DNA from: an uncultured Candidatus Binatia bacterium
Lineage (GTDB): Bacteria; Desulfobacterota; Binatia; Bin18
Reading direction: 5' to 3'
NCBI GenBank assembly: GCA_958296235.1
Contig: OY282457.1
Coordinates: 2,597,338-2,661,337 of the forward strand
DNA: 64,000 nt
Shown: positions 47,958-57,970 of the stretch, in pieces
Layout of the letters: the number at the start of each line of letters is the position of its first letter
Position numbering within the stretch: the first letter of the stretch is position 1
Made by a program: the position numbers and the translations under genes
The notes under the pieces: generated by a model
The model's input: only the letters and a program-made list of their open reading frames with translations
What the model was told of the DNA's origin: nothing
Databases searched by the model: none

Positions 47958-48551
47958 TTAACAGCCCGGCTGTTCCGCTTCTGCCTGCATGTCCTGATGC
48001 GCGAACGACAGCGGACACGGTTGTCCTACCCCGTCGAGTCCAACGGCGTAGACCAGCCGTCCGTAGCCAATAAAAATAGCTATCCGCCAGCCCAGGGCCA
48101 TGATCTCGGGCTCGCTGTAATGGGTGCGCAGCTCGTCAAAGAGGTCTTGGGAGACCTGTTTGTGGTCGCGGGCCAGGGTGTCCGCAAAGCGCAGGGCGGC
48201 TTTTTCGCGTGGCGTGAACAAATCGCTGTCCTGAAAATGGGGCAGGGCGTGAATCATCTCCTCCGTCAGACCTTGTTGCCTCGCCGAGGCATACACGGCC
48301 GTCATTCAAAGCTGGCATTCGTTTATTTGGGCCACCTTATGCCGAATCAGTTCGGTCAGCTTCACGCTGATCCCGTCAGTATCGGCCATAATATGGGAGT
48401 AGTAAAAATCGACGAAGTGTTTGTAGAGGTCCGGGGTATGGGCAAAGACCTGTATCCATTCCGACCCGCCGAGCGCCTCGTCGCTCTGCTGCATGGTTTT
48501 TTGCAGATCGGGATCAACCTTCTCAAACGGCACTTTGCTGACACGGAGCAT
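47958..48551 (-). CDS. AhpD/carboxymuconolactone-decarboxylase (CMD) family protein with in-frame UGA, candidate selenoprotein (CxxU)
   Basis: ORFs 48306..48551 and 47958..48305 are contiguous in one frame, separated only by TGA (48308-48306). The junction reads VAQINECQL-U-MTAVYASARQ, i.e. the family's CxxC redox motif with the second Cys at the UGA. A hairpin lies 10 nt downstream. Confidence 0.6.
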
Positions 48552-48621
48552 TGCTCTCCCTCCTTAATTGTGCAGTGGGTTTCCTTTGCCAATAAACCAA
48601 CGCGGACGTATTTGGAAGAGC

Positions 48622-50556
48622 TTAGTCCGATAGATTCTCAATAGTCAGGGGCTTAACGGCTTCAGCCAAGGAGAAGCCAAAAATTCGTGAGTAAAAATAC
48701 AACTCGCCGTCCAAAGCGCGTTTGATATTCTCGGCTTTGCGAAAGCCGTGCTGTTCGCCCGCAAACAGGACATAGGCGACCGGCAAGCCTTTCGCTCTGA
48801 GGGCCGCTACCATCAGCTCGGCCTGATTCGGCGGAACGATCGTATCTTCTGCGCCCTGGAAGACAATCAAGGGACACGAGAGCTGGTGGGTAAAATGAAC
48901 CGGCGAGCGCGCCTGATAGACGTCCCGGCGTTCCGGGTAGGGTCCAACCAGATTGTCCGGGTAGCGAGACTCGAATTTATGGGTGTCCCGCGCCAGCGCT
49001 TCGAGGTCACTGATCCCGTAATGACTCGCCCCGGCCCGAAACGTATTGCGAAAGGTCAATGCGCACAGGGTCGTATAGCCCCCGGCACTGCCGCCGGTAA
49101 TAGTCAGTCGCTCAGCATCAACCTCGCCCCGGGCGACGAGAGAGTGCGCGCCGTTGACACAGTCATCCACATCGACAATCCCCCAGTGGCCGTTCAGACG
49201 TTGCCGATAGGCCCGCCCATAGCCACTGCTGCCCCCATAGTTCACGTCCAGAACGGCAAAGCCGCGACTCGTCCAGTATTGAATGCGCAGATCAAGCGCC
49301 GTTTGCGCGGCCGAAGTCGGTCCGCCGTGGCTTTTGACGACCAGCGGCGGGCGTTCCCCTTGTGGAGCAACGTAGTCAGCGTTTGTGGGCGGATAGAACA
49401 GACCGTACGCGGTCCGGTCATGTTCGGTTGGAAAGGCAACGGCCTGGGGCGCTGACAGAGAGTCCGGGTCCAGGCCGAGTTGGCTGGATTGCCGCAGGAC
49501 GGTGCAGGTGTGTGTTTCCAGGTCGAGTTGGACGACCGCGAGCGGCTCGGTTGGCGAGCCCGCCAGAAATATGGCTTTACCGGCTGAAGCGTGCACTCCG
49601 CTCACTTCGGTATACGGCAGCGCAATGGCGTCGCATTGCCGTGTCCCCGGATCAAGGCTGGCCATATGCCAGGTCCCGTTTTCCGTGTAGGTGCAGATAA
49701 TTCGGTTGGCAGAAGCAAAGGCATAGGTCGCCATACCAAACATCCACTGCGGTCGGCCAAAATCCGCGGTCTTTTCCCACAGCGCCTCAATGCTGTCGTT
49801 ACGGACTCGATACAGATTCCACCAGCCGGAGCGATCCGAAACAAAGTACAAGATACCGAGCGGAGACCATTCGGGCTGAAAAATGGACTCCGCGGTGCCG
49901 CCGGCTACCCGCCTGACGGCCGCCAGGGAACCGTCCGAGTGGACCGTTCCCACCAACAGTTCGGTGCCGTCCCAGGGCATCTGCGGATGGTTCCACGCCA
50001 GCCAGGCGAGCTGGGTGCCTTCCGGGTTGAGCCGGGGGTTGGAATAAAAATCGCTCCCGGAGACGAGGACCGTCTCTTCCCCGCTGGCGAGATCAATACT
50101 GGTCAGGCTGTTTACCGCTTCCTGCCCTGTAACCCGATGATCTTCGCGCACGCAGATCAAACGGCTGCGCTGGGTATCAACAACCGCGTCGGCATAGCGC
50201 AGCCCGTCTGCTGCGGTCAGGGGCGTGGGCTCGTCCGCTCCAGTCTGACGATACAGCCGCTGATCGGTGAAATTTGAAAAATAGAGCGCGCCGTCCCGGA
50301 CGGCATACGCCCCGCCCCCATACTCATGCACACGCGTCCGGACATTAAAGGGCACCGGCGTCAGGTCCGCGATTGTTCCGTCAGGCGTGCGTCGCACTAT
50401 GACGTTCCGCCCGCCTTCAGTCGGCCGCTGTTCTATCCAGTACACCGCCTCTCCATCCAGCCGAACCTGGCCCAAGCCAACTGTTCCGGCCACAATCAGG
50501 TCTGAGGTAATAGTCGACTTCCACGAACCGTATGGGGCGATTTTTTTGTCAGGCAT
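48622..50556 (-). CDS. S9 family serine peptidase (beta-propeller plus alpha/beta hydrolase)
   Basis: Start at [14 protein letters not shown] (50556). GGSAGGY nucleophile elbow and C-terminal GEQHGF. The upstream 219 codons of the listed ORF look non-coding. Confidence 0.9.
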   Translation of the reverse strand: MPDKKIAPYGSWKSTITSDLIVAGTVGLGQVRLDGEAVYWIEQRPTEGGRNVIVRRTPDGTIADLTPVPFNVRTRVHEYGGGAYAVRDGALYFSNFTDQRLYRQTGADEPTPLTAADGLRYADAVVDTQRSRLICVREDHRVTGQEAVNSLTSIDLASGEETVLVSGSDFYSNPRLNPEGTQLAWLAWNHPQMPWDGTELLVGTVHSDGSLAAVRRVAGGTAESIFQPEWSPLGILYFVSDRSGWWNLYRVRNDSIEALWEKTADFGRPQWMFGMATYAFASANRIICTYTENGTWHMASLDPGTRQCDAIALPYTEVSGVHASAGKAIFLAGSPTEPLAVVQLDLETHTCTVLRQSSQLGLDPDSLSAPQAVAFPTEHDRTAYGLFYPPTNADYVAPQGERPPLVVKSHGGPTSAAQTALDLRIQYWTSRGFAVLDVNYGGSSGYGRAYRQRLNGHWGIVDVDDCVNGAHSLVARGEVDAERLTITGGSAGGYTTLCALTFRNTFRAGASHYGISDLEALARDTHKFESRYPDNLVGPYPERRDVYQARSPVHFTHQLSCPLIVFQGAEDTIVPPNQAELMVAALRAKGLPVAYVLFAGEQHGFRKAENIKRALDGELYFYSRIFGFSLAEAVKPLTIENLSD

Positions 50557-50712
50557 GTCTGCTCCTCGGAGTGTTCCTACTGCCGTCTGGGTAACAGACC
50601 GAGCGGACCAGGGACAACTACCTGTCTGTTCACGACGGGCCTCCTTCTTCCCTTTACTCCTCCCCGTTCGCAGCGCTATGCTCCCTGGTAGCAGCTTCAA
50701 GGAGGTAGACGT

Positions 50713-51876
50713 ATGGAAACGGTCCAGCCCTCGGCGTGCGGGTTTGACGCGGCGCGACTTGACCACTTCGTGGCGTGTATGCAGAACGATATTGAACAGG
50801 AGCAGTATGACGGAGCGGTCGTTATCGTCGCGCGTGGGGGACAAGTCGTGTTGCGCCAGGCGCTCGGCTTTGCCGAGCGGGTCAGCCGGCGCGCCATGCA
50901 GGAGGACGATGTTTTCTATCTCTTTTCCGTGACAAAGGCGCTGACGGCTACCGCAATTCTTGCCCGCGTTGACCGGGGCCAACTTGCCCTGACAACGCAC
51001 GTGGCCGAGATTATTCCCGAATTTGCGAGCAAGGGAAAACAGCGAGTGACGATCGCTCAGCTTCTGACCCATACCGCCGGCATGTCGGCCGGGTTTCCAC
51101 CCGTAGCCCAGGAGATGATGGGTAATCTTGAAGCAGTGGTCGCCGCGGTCTGCCAGCAGGGGCTTGATGCTTTGCCTGGAGAGGTCGTCAGCTATAGCCC
51201 GATTACCGCCCATGCGGTCCTGGGCGAAGTGGTCCGCCGGCTTGATGGAGGAGAGCGGTCGCTGCGGCAGATATTTGCGGAAGATATCTTTACTCCGCTG
51301 CGGATGCCCGATACGGCCCTGGGCCTTCGGTCTGACCTGGCTGAGCGCAGGGTTCCGGTTGTGGTGCGAGACCGGCGGGAAGGGCTCTTTCCGCCGGAAG
51401 TCCTTGAAGGCTTCAACCTCATGCTTCAGGAGGACACGGAAATTCCGGGCGGCGGCGGGGTCGGAACTGCCGCCGATATCTTCCGCCTGGCGGAAATGCT
51501 GCGGCGCGGCGGGGAGCTGGACGGCGTCCGCATCTTATCGCCGGCTGTCATTCGTCTGGCCGCCACCAACCACACGGGTCTCAGGCCGAATAATCTGTGG
51601 AACTACACCAGGGAAGTCCGTGGCTGGGACGAGTTTCCGGCGTCGCTCGGCCTGGGCTTCTTTGTGCGCGGAACGGGCATTTCCCCCAGCTATTTCGGGA
51701 CGCTGGCGTCGCCCAACACGTTTGGGGCGGTCGGGGCGGGCTCAACCCTGTTCTGGATCGACCCGGAGCGCGATATCACCTGTGTGTGCCTGACCGCCGG
51801 AGCCCTGGAAGAGTCGTACAGCATGGAGCGCTTCCAACGTCTGTCCGATCTTGTTCTCAGCGCGGTTGTGGAGTAA
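50713..51876 (+). CDS. Serine hydrolase, beta-lactamase/transpeptidase-like (class C family)
   Basis: 387 aa; SVTK (SxxK) motif in [11 protein letters not shown]. Confidence 0.9.
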   Translation: METVQPSACGFDAARLDHFVACMQNDIEQEQYDGAVVIVARGGQVVLRQALGFAERVSRRAMQEDDVFYLFSVTKALTATAILARVDRGQLALTTHVAEIIPEFASKGKQRVTIAQLLTHTAGMSAGFPPVAQEMMGNLEAVVAAVCQQGLDALPGEVVSYSPITAHAVLGEVVRRLDGGERSLRQIFAEDIFTPLRMPDTALGLRSDLAERRVPVVVRDRREGLFPPEVLEGFNLMLQEDTEIPGGGGVGTAADIFRLAEMLRRGGELDGVRILSPAVIRLAATNHTGLRPNNLWNYTREVRGWDEFPASLGLGFFVRGTGISPSYFGTLASPNTFGAVGAGSTLFWIDPERDITCVCLTAGALEESYSMERFQRLSDLVLSAVVE

Positions 51877-51912
51877 GCCTGTCCTGAGCTCGCTCAAAGG
51901 GCCCGCGCTGGC

Positions 51913-52983
51913 ATGATTACCGAAGCGCAGCTCCAGCAGATATTTACCCCGTTGACCGGGGAGCCGTCCCCGCGTCTTTGCCTGACGCTGGCCGGCAATA
52001 TCAATACGATTCTCAAGGTTGAAGCCAGGGGACAGATGTACGGCCTGCGTATTCGGAGCCAGGAGCAGGTCTATCGCTACGAGCCGGACCTGATGAAAGA
52101 GGTCTTCATCAGTTGGCTGCTCGACCCCGCTCATGCCGGGGCGAACGATATGGAAAAAGCGCGAGCGCTCAGCCAGTTGTGGGAGGCGCAGCGTGGGGCC
52201 GGCCGGAAGAGTTCCGGTATCGAGCCCACCGGACTGGCCTTTGACTGGAGCCGGCAAATCCTGCCGCAGCCGTATTTCGTGTATGAGTGGATCGAAGGCC
52301 AGCCCCTGTGGGACGACCCGGACGAACAGTTATACCGGGCGGCTGGCCACACGCTGGCAAGCCTGCATCGGGTGCGCTTCGATGCCTTCTACGCCGATTT
52401 TTTTGCCATCGGCAACACGCCGCAGGCCTGGGCGGACCGCTTTCGGGCCGCGCTGGACAAGGAGGTCGGCGAGGCGCAGAGCCGACTCAGCCCGACGCTC
52501 TTACCGGCGCTGGAGCCTCTCTCCATTCCGGCCACGCTGCCGTTCTCTCCCTGTCTTATCCATAACGATTTCTCCCCAGGCAATATTCTCGTTCGGGACG
52601 GGCGCCTCGCCGCGGTTATTGATTGGGATAATGCGGTCGTGGATGTGGCGCCGCTCGATTTTGTGAAAATGAAATACTGGACGGCAAAAGACGCCCGTGG
52701 TCAACTCGGCCACAACCCCGCCCTCTTCCGGGCATTTGTCACCGGGTATGGTCCCCGCGGTACTGAGATCGTTGAGTCGGAGACCTTTGCCTGGTACGAA
52801 TTATTGTGGCTGTTGCGCGTATGGAATTTTGAACGGTCCAAGCAGGAACGTGGGCTGGAGCGCGCTCCTGGATACCCGGCTGCGGCCGAGTATGCCGCAG
52901 CGCTGAAAGGGGTCATTGGCCGACTGAGCGCAGGTCACGGCTCTTTGAGTCCCACCTCCTCATCTGATCCTTTGAAAAAATAA
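51913..52983 (+). CDS. Aminoglycoside phosphotransferase (APH)/kinase-like family protein
   Basis: 356 aa; LIHNDFSPGNILV catalytic loop and VIDWDNA motif. Confidence 0.85.
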   Translation: MITEAQLQQIFTPLTGEPSPRLCLTLAGNINTILKVEARGQMYGLRIRSQEQVYRYEPDLMKEVFISWLLDPAHAGANDMEKARALSQLWEAQRGAGRKSSGIEPTGLAFDWSRQILPQPYFVYEWIEGQPLWDDPDEQLYRAAGHTLASLHRVRFDAFYADFFAIGNTPQAWADRFRAALDKEVGEAQSRLSPTLLPALEPLSIPATLPFSPCLIHNDFSPGNILVRDGRLAAVIDWDNAVVDVAPLDFVKMKYWTAKDARGQLGHNPALFRAFVTGYGPRGTEIVESETFAWYELLWLLRVWNFERSKQERGLERAPGYPAAAEYAAALKGVIGRLSAGHGSLSPTSSSDPLKK

Positions 52984-53083
52984 GGCGTCTCTTTCCAGCG
53001 GGCCTGATCAAAATAGGTGATGCGCGCGGCCTTAGATGAGAAGATGAGAAACCGCTCGAAAGTCGGTATAATGATTCTTACCT

Positions 53084-53713
53084 ATGAGTCAGGCCGCCGA
53101 AGATCGTGAAGAGACCGCTTCTCCTGAAGAAGTACAGACCGGGATGCCGCGTCGGCTAGCGCGCTGGAAGATCGTTCTGGTCAGCCTCGCTCTGCTGATG
53201 GGTGTGGCCGGCATGGCGCTGCATCCTCAGTCGCCTTCGGGCATTCAGGAAACGCGGACCGTGGGGAATCTCTCTGCCTCTGGAGCCGATACGCTGCCGG
53301 ACCCGCCGGCTTTTCAGTCTGCCCCGGCTCCAGCCCTTGACCCGGCCTTCGATAGAATGGAGGAAACGACTGAAGCGCCTCTCCCTCCAGACTGGGAGCG
53401 GCGGTTGGAGGACTGGTCTCCTCTGCTCACGAAACTGGGCTTCAGCTTTGTTGTCGGATTCAGCATTGGCTATGTGCTGCTGATTTTTCTGCGCACGACC
53501 GCCTTTCTGGCCGGCGTAGTCATGCTGGCGCTGTTTGGTTTGCAGTATCTGGGCGTGCTGTATCTCAACTGGCAGAATATCGAGACGAGTTATCAATCGG
53601 TCCTGAGTTGGGTGTTGCCTCGGGCAGAAAACTTTCGGGACTTTATTACGCACAATCTCTCTTCGTCCGGTATGGCGGCGATGGGGATTCTCACGGGTTT
53701 GACGCGACGCTAG
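53084..53713 (+). CDS. Membrane protein, FUN14-like (tentative)
   Basis: 209 aa; one N-terminal TM helix, a Pro/Ala-rich linker and a C-terminal multi-helix hydrophobic region. Confidence 0.55.
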   Translation: MSQAAEDREETASPEEVQTGMPRRLARWKIVLVSLALLMGVAGMALHPQSPSGIQETRTVGNLSASGADTLPDPPAFQSAPAPALDPAFDRMEETTEAPLPPDWERRLEDWSPLLTKLGFSFVVGFSIGYVLLIFLRTTAFLAGVVMLALFGLQYLGVLYLNWQNIETSYQSVLSWVLPRAENFRDFITHNLSSSGMAAMGILTGLTRR

Positions 53714-53743
53714 GGGGCTGGGGGGAGTATTCCCCTGAGATCA

Positions 53744-54457
53744 ATGGCCAATTTCAAAACTCACTTGGCCGTCGCCGCGGTGGGGAGCGGACTCCTGGCG
53801 ACGGTCTGTTTGGGCGCAGGGATGAGCAGCCCGCAAGAAGTCGTCACCCTGTCTGTGGTCGGGACGGTCGGCGGGCTCCTGCCGGACATCGATCTCGACC
53901 ACTCCAGTCCGACCAGGTTGATCTTTACCGCTCTGGCTATTGTGTTTGCCTTTCTGGCCGCGTTCAATCGGGCCGCCAGCTACTCGATTGTCGAACTCTG
54001 GATAGTCTGGGGGGTGGCGTATGGCGCAGTCCGCTATCTTGCCTTGGGCGTCTTCTCTGCGCTGACGGTCCATCGCGGCATATTCCATTCGCTCATTGCC
54101 GCCCTCTTTTTCTGGTTCCTGGCCACCAGCCTGAGTTATTCTCTGTTTGCCCTGAGTGCGCTGTTTGCCTGGTCTATCGGCTTCTTTCTCTTTTTTGGCT
54201 ATATCGTCCATCTGCTGCTCGACGAGCTTTTCAGTGTGGACCTCTTGAACTCGCGGCTCAAAAGCTCATTCGGGACAGCGCTCAAAATCGCTGATTTTCA
54301 CAACGCGCGGACCTCCCTGCTAATGACGGCCGCGGCGCTGCTGACATTCTTTTCAACCCCAAGCGCCCAGCCTTTCCTGGACTGGGTCATGAACAAACAG
54401 ACCTACCTCAGTATTGCCGATCGATTTCTCCCCGAAGCGCTATGGTTTACGCTCTAG
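53744..54457 (+). CDS. Membrane-bound metal-dependent hydrolase (YdjM/DUF457 family)
   Basis: 237 aa; MANFKTHLAVAA N-terminus and LLPDIDLDHS motif. Confidence 0.75.
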   Translation: MANFKTHLAVAAVGSGLLATVCLGAGMSSPQEVVTLSVVGTVGGLLPDIDLDHSSPTRLIFTALAIVFAFLAAFNRAASYSIVELWIVWGVAYGAVRYLALGVFSALTVHRGIFHSLIAALFFWFLATSLSYSLFALSALFAWSIGFFLFFGYIVHLLLDELFSVDLLNSRLKSSFGTALKIADFHNARTSLLMTAAALLTFFSTPSAQPFLDWVMNKQTYLSIADRFLPEALWFTL

Positions 54458-54497
54458 CCTGTCCCTCCTCTTGACCCGACTTGGACAGCGGGTCATA

Positions 54498-54552
54498 AAG
54501 AGCGAACGTGTCCTTTCCCCAGCGAGCAAAGCCGGACACGTTCACTCTTTTC
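54498..54552. repeat. Hairpin repeat element (copy C)
   Basis: aaagagcgaacgtgtcc...ggacacgttcactcttttc. Same family as 17081-17134 and 19052-19108. Confidence 0.75.
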
Positions 54553-54608
54553 ATGCTTCGGCTTGATTTTCTACGAGAGGACAAAACCGATTCTATGCTA
54601 GGACTTCC

Positions 54609-55124
54609 ATGTTAGGACGGCTTGGCGCGGTGTGGGGCATTGGCGGTGTCGTCCTCTTACTGGTCTATTCTATCGCCCGACTCTCTGCCGTTACGCTGGA
54701 CGCCTTTCACTACGAGTTTTCCTGGTATCACTGGCTGGCGCTCGGCTTGAATGTCGGCTGGATGGCCTACTCGGAAGGCTATTACGGCTTTCAGTGCGGC
54801 TTTGCGCCGCGGGTCGCGGCCCGCGCAAAATATCTGTCTGCCCATCCGAGTCCGCTCTGTGCGGTATTGGCGCCTGTCTTTTGCATGGGTTATTTCTCCA
54901 TTCACCGACCCCGACAAATCTTCATCTGCGCTCTCACCGCCATGATCGTTGTCTTTGTCCTTGTTCTGCCCTATCTGGCGCAGCCGTGGCGCGGCATTGT
55001 CGATGCCGGCGTTGTTGTCGGCCTGCTCTGGGGGTTGGTTACCATTGTGGTGTTTGCCTTCCGGGCCTTTACGTCGAACGATTTTTCGTATTCGCCCGAG
55101 GTGCCGAACTACACACCGGAGTAG
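54609..55124 (+). CDS. Hypothetical integral membrane protein
   Basis: 171 aa, about 5 hydrophobic helices; no family recognised. Confidence 0.55.
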   Translation: MLGRLGAVWGIGGVVLLLVYSIARLSAVTLDAFHYEFSWYHWLALGLNVGWMAYSEGYYGFQCGFAPRVAARAKYLSAHPSPLCAVLAPVFCMGYFSIHRPRQIFICALTAMIVVFVLVLPYLAQPWRGIVDAGVVVGLLWGLVTIVVFAFRAFTSNDFSYSPEVPNYTPE

Positions 55125-55335
55125 CAACCCGCGCTGTCTCATGGCGCTCCTCCGACGGCTTCTCAGGCATAAGGCCCCATAGACGCCCCCGGAGCGGAAC
55201 AATCGTCACGTGTCTCGGACCGTCCACGCCTTATGGTGTCCAAATACAATGCGCCGGATGCCTGTCGCTTGACAGTGCTGGATAGCTTCAGGCAAAACCA
55301 GAACGAGAAACTCTACCGTACCGAGGAGACGACTC

Positions 55336-56523
55336 ATGTCAGGACCATTGGCTGGTTATCGCGTTATTGACGTTACCCAGATGTTGTCAGGCCCTATGGC
55401 CACTATGATGCTGGGCGATCAAGGGGCGGATGTCATCAAGGTCGAACCGCCGGAAACGGGCGATCTGACCCGTGCCCTGGGTGGGAAGTCACGGCCCATT
55501 TCCCCGTTTTTTTCCACCTTGAATCGGAATAAGCGCTCGGTGGTCCTGAATCTGAAAGACGAAAAGGGAATTGGGTTGCTCAAAGACCTCGTCGCCGGGG
55601 CGGATGTGTTTGTCCAGAATTTCCGGCCCGGCATAGCCGAGCGCATGGGCATTGGTGAGGATGTTCTGCGCCAAGTGAAACCGGACCTCATCTATGTATC
55701 CATCAGCGGCTTTGGCGAGAAAGGACCGTATGTTGGCAAGCGCGTCTATGATCCGGTCATCCAGGCGCTGTCCGGTCTGGCCGATATTCAGGCCGACCCG
55801 GATACTGGCCGACCGCGTATGATGCGGCTCATCATTCCCGACAAGGTCACGGCCCTGACCGCGGCCCAGGCCATTACCGCGGCACTCCTGGCCCGGGAAC
55901 GGACCGGGGAGGGGCAGCATGTCCGGCTCGCCATGCTGGACGCGGTTGTCTCGTTTCTGTGGCATGAGGGCATGACGCAGTACACCTTCATGGGCTCGGA
56001 CATCGGCCCGGCCCGACCGGCTGACACGCGGGATATGGTCTTTGAGACCGCGGACGGCTATATCACCGCGGCTGCGGTCTCGGACAAGGAGTGGCAGGGC
56101 ATGACGCGTGCCCTGGAGCGGCCCGAATGGCTGGAGGACGCCCGGTTCAGCACGCCTGCCGGGCGGGTCAAATACGCCGACGTGCGGTTGGATATGACGG
56201 CCGAGGTCTTGAAAGAAAGAAGCTCGACCGAATGGCTGGAACGTCTCGATGCCGAGCAGGTGCCGTGCGCGCCGGTCAATCGCAAGGCCGACGTATTGAC
56301 CGACCCGCAGGTTGCGGCCAACAATCTGATTGTTGAATCCGATCATCCGCACGCCGGCCATATGCGCCAGGCCCGGCCGGCGGCGCGGTTCGAGGGCACG
56401 CCCGCAGAACTCCTGCGTCAGCCGGCCCCGCTGCTGGGCGAGCAGACAGACGCGATTCTGGCCGAACTGGGCCTGTCGGCGGACGCCTTGGCAGAGTTGC
56501 GTGAGGCCGGGGCGATTGCCTGA
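55336..56523 (+). CDS. Family III CoA-transferase (CaiB/BaiF)
   Basis: 395 aa; GPLAGYRVIDVTQMLSGP N-terminus and catalytic-Asp region typical of the family. Confidence 0.9.
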   Translation: MSGPLAGYRVIDVTQMLSGPMATMMLGDQGADVIKVEPPETGDLTRALGGKSRPISPFFSTLNRNKRSVVLNLKDEKGIGLLKDLVAGADVFVQNFRPGIAERMGIGEDVLRQVKPDLIYVSISGFGEKGPYVGKRVYDPVIQALSGLADIQADPDTGRPRMMRLIIPDKVTALTAAQAITAALLARERTGEGQHVRLAMLDAVVSFLWHEGMTQYTFMGSDIGPARPADTRDMVFETADGYITAAAVSDKEWQGMTRALERPEWLEDARFSTPAGRVKYADVRLDMTAEVLKERSSTEWLERLDAEQVPCAPVNRKADVLTDPQVAANNLIVESDHPHAGHMRQARPAARFEGTPAELLRQPAPLLGEQTDAILAELGLSADALAELREAGAIA

Positions 56524-56542
56524 CGCCTGGTCTCCGCAAGAA

Positions 56543-56836
56543 ATGAAACTCCTTGGGCGCGCTGTCCGATGGGACAACGAAAAAAATATACGGCTCAAAA
56601 AAACAAGAGGGATCGGGTTTGAAGAGATTGTAGAAGCGATAGAGGATAACCTGCTGGACGATATGAGACATCCCAATGCGGAACGCTATCCGCATCAGAG
56701 GATATTTGTTGTTCGACTTAATGAGTACGCTTACGTCGTCCCCTATGTAGTAGCGGACGACAATTCATACGTTCTCAAAACAGCTTATCCAGATAGAGCT
56801 ATGATGAAAAAGTATTTGCGAGAAGGTGAGGACTAG
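56543..56836 (+). CDS. BrnT-like (DUF497) toxin
   Basis: Start at MKLLGRAVRWDNEKNIRLKKTRGIGFEEI, which matches the BrnT W-D-x-x-K-N...HG(I/V)xFEE pattern; 97 aa. Confidence 0.65.
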   Translation: MKLLGRAVRWDNEKNIRLKKTRGIGFEEIVEAIEDNLLDDMRHPNAERYPHQRIFVVRLNEYAYVVPYVVADDNSYVLKTAYPDRAMMKKYLREGED

Positions 56837-56838
56837 CC

Positions 56839-57534
56839 ATGCCCGCCGAGTATGTTCACTTTCACGACGAGCCGCTGGACGAGGAGGAACGACAGTTGAT
56901 GAAGGAACTGGACGCTGGGGAATGGGTTTCCGATCCTGACTTTCTTCGTACAGGTCCGTTTGTGGAGACTATCTCTGCACTCGAAGTGGCTGCTGACGAG
57001 CTTGCACGCACCCGAACGGACTCGTATCGCTGGAAATGGGTTATCCTGGCATTGCACAGCGCCTTACAGGGCATGATGGCCCTGGCGCTTGAAGGGGGTA
57101 ATGGGCTCAGAGTGCTGAAACCCAAGGACGCAAAGCGATGGCTGGACGCTTACGAAAGCGGTGCCCCGCTCCCGGCAGACCTGGAAATGGACAGCTTTCT
57201 CAATCTGTATGAGAAGATCAAAAGCGAGACCCTTCGTTTTTATGTAACCAGCAAAAAGCTTACGCCTGAAGAAATTCAAGAAAAGTCGATCAAGGACCTT
57301 AACCGGCTCCGAAATCAATTCATCCATTTCACCCCGTGTACCTTGTCTCTCATATTGAACGGACTTCCAGAAATGACGCTTGACTGCCTGAACATTGCTC
57401 GGTTTCTTGCCTATGACTCGGGGAACATAGATTGGCCTGAAGAGTTGGTTGAGCGACTGGAAAAAGCCTTCAGGGCCGCGGCTCAGGCAGCACGGGAGAT
57501 AAAAGAAGCCTACGCTCTCCCGCCTCAGGTATGA
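56839..57534 (+). CDS. Hypothetical protein: antitoxin-like N-terminal motif fused to a helical domain with an R-x4-H (HEPN-like) motif
   Basis: 231 aa starting 3 nt after the BrnT-like stop. LDEEERQLMKELDAGEWVS resembles the N-terminal motif of BrnT-associated CopG-type antitoxins. NRLRNQFIHF is present later. Confidence 0.65.
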   Translation: MPAEYVHFHDEPLDEEERQLMKELDAGEWVSDPDFLRTGPFVETISALEVAADELARTRTDSYRWKWVILALHSALQGMMALALEGGNGLRVLKPKDAKRWLDAYESGAPLPADLEMDSFLNLYEKIKSETLRFYVTSKKLTPEEIQEKSIKDLNRLRNQFIHFTPCTLSLILNGLPEMTLDCLNIARFLAYDSGNIDWPEELVERLEKAFRAAAQAAREIKEAYALPPQV

Positions 57535-57549
57535 GAATATTCCTCTCGC

Positions 57550-57639
57550 ATGGGCGAGCAAACGGACGCGATTCTGACGGAACTGGACTTGTCTGCGGAC
57601 ACAGTGGAGGAGCTGCGTGAGGCTGGCACGATTACCTGA
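57550..57639 (+). other. Duplicated copy 2 of the CoA-transferase 3' end (30 codons, intact frame and stop)
   Basis: MGEQTDAILTELDLSADTVEELREAGTIT-stop versus the native LGEQTDAILAELGLSADALAELREAGAIA-stop. 72 of 90 nt are identical by hand alignment to 56434-56523. Confidence 0.85.
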
Positions 57640-57712
57640 CCGAAGAGGGCGGCATGGTGAAGCAGTAACTGAGAATTATCAGCAATAATGCTACTCCAAG
57701 ATAAGGACCGTC

Positions 57713-57907
57713 ATGACACCAGAACTGATCGCTATCATCGCCGCAACCGTGGCACTAGCCGGACTTATTCTGAACGGCAATCGCGGTCTGACCCAGCGCA
57801 TGGACCGTCTGAAGGATCGACTTGCAAGCGTGGAACGCGAGCAAGCCCACTTGGCGGGATTACTCGAAGGGCTTCGGGAAGCTATCAGCGGCCACCTCGC
57901 CGCTTAA
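57713..57907 (+). CDS. Small membrane-anchored coiled-coil protein
   Basis: 64 aa; LIAIIAATVALAGLIL followed by RMDRLKDRLASVEREQAHLAGLLEGLREAI. Confidence 0.45.
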   Translation: MTPELIAIIAATVALAGLILNGNRGLTQRMDRLKDRLASVEREQAHLAGLLEGLREAISGHLAA

Positions 57908-57970
57908 GCATCGCTTATACTCTCTCGCCTCAGCTAGGAGAGCATTACTCCCGTGTCAATCTCGCTACCG

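Noticed and set aside
50557-51213. N-terminal 219 codons of the listed 863-aa ORF (48622..51213)
   Set aside because: This part overlaps the serine hydrolase gene on the other strand and looks non-coding (R/G/H-rich). The peptidase homology begins at [12 protein letters not shown] (50556).
55489-56676. 395-aa ORF on the minus strand
   Set aside because: Antisense to the CoA-transferase gene; R/G/P-rich shadow ORF with no motifs.
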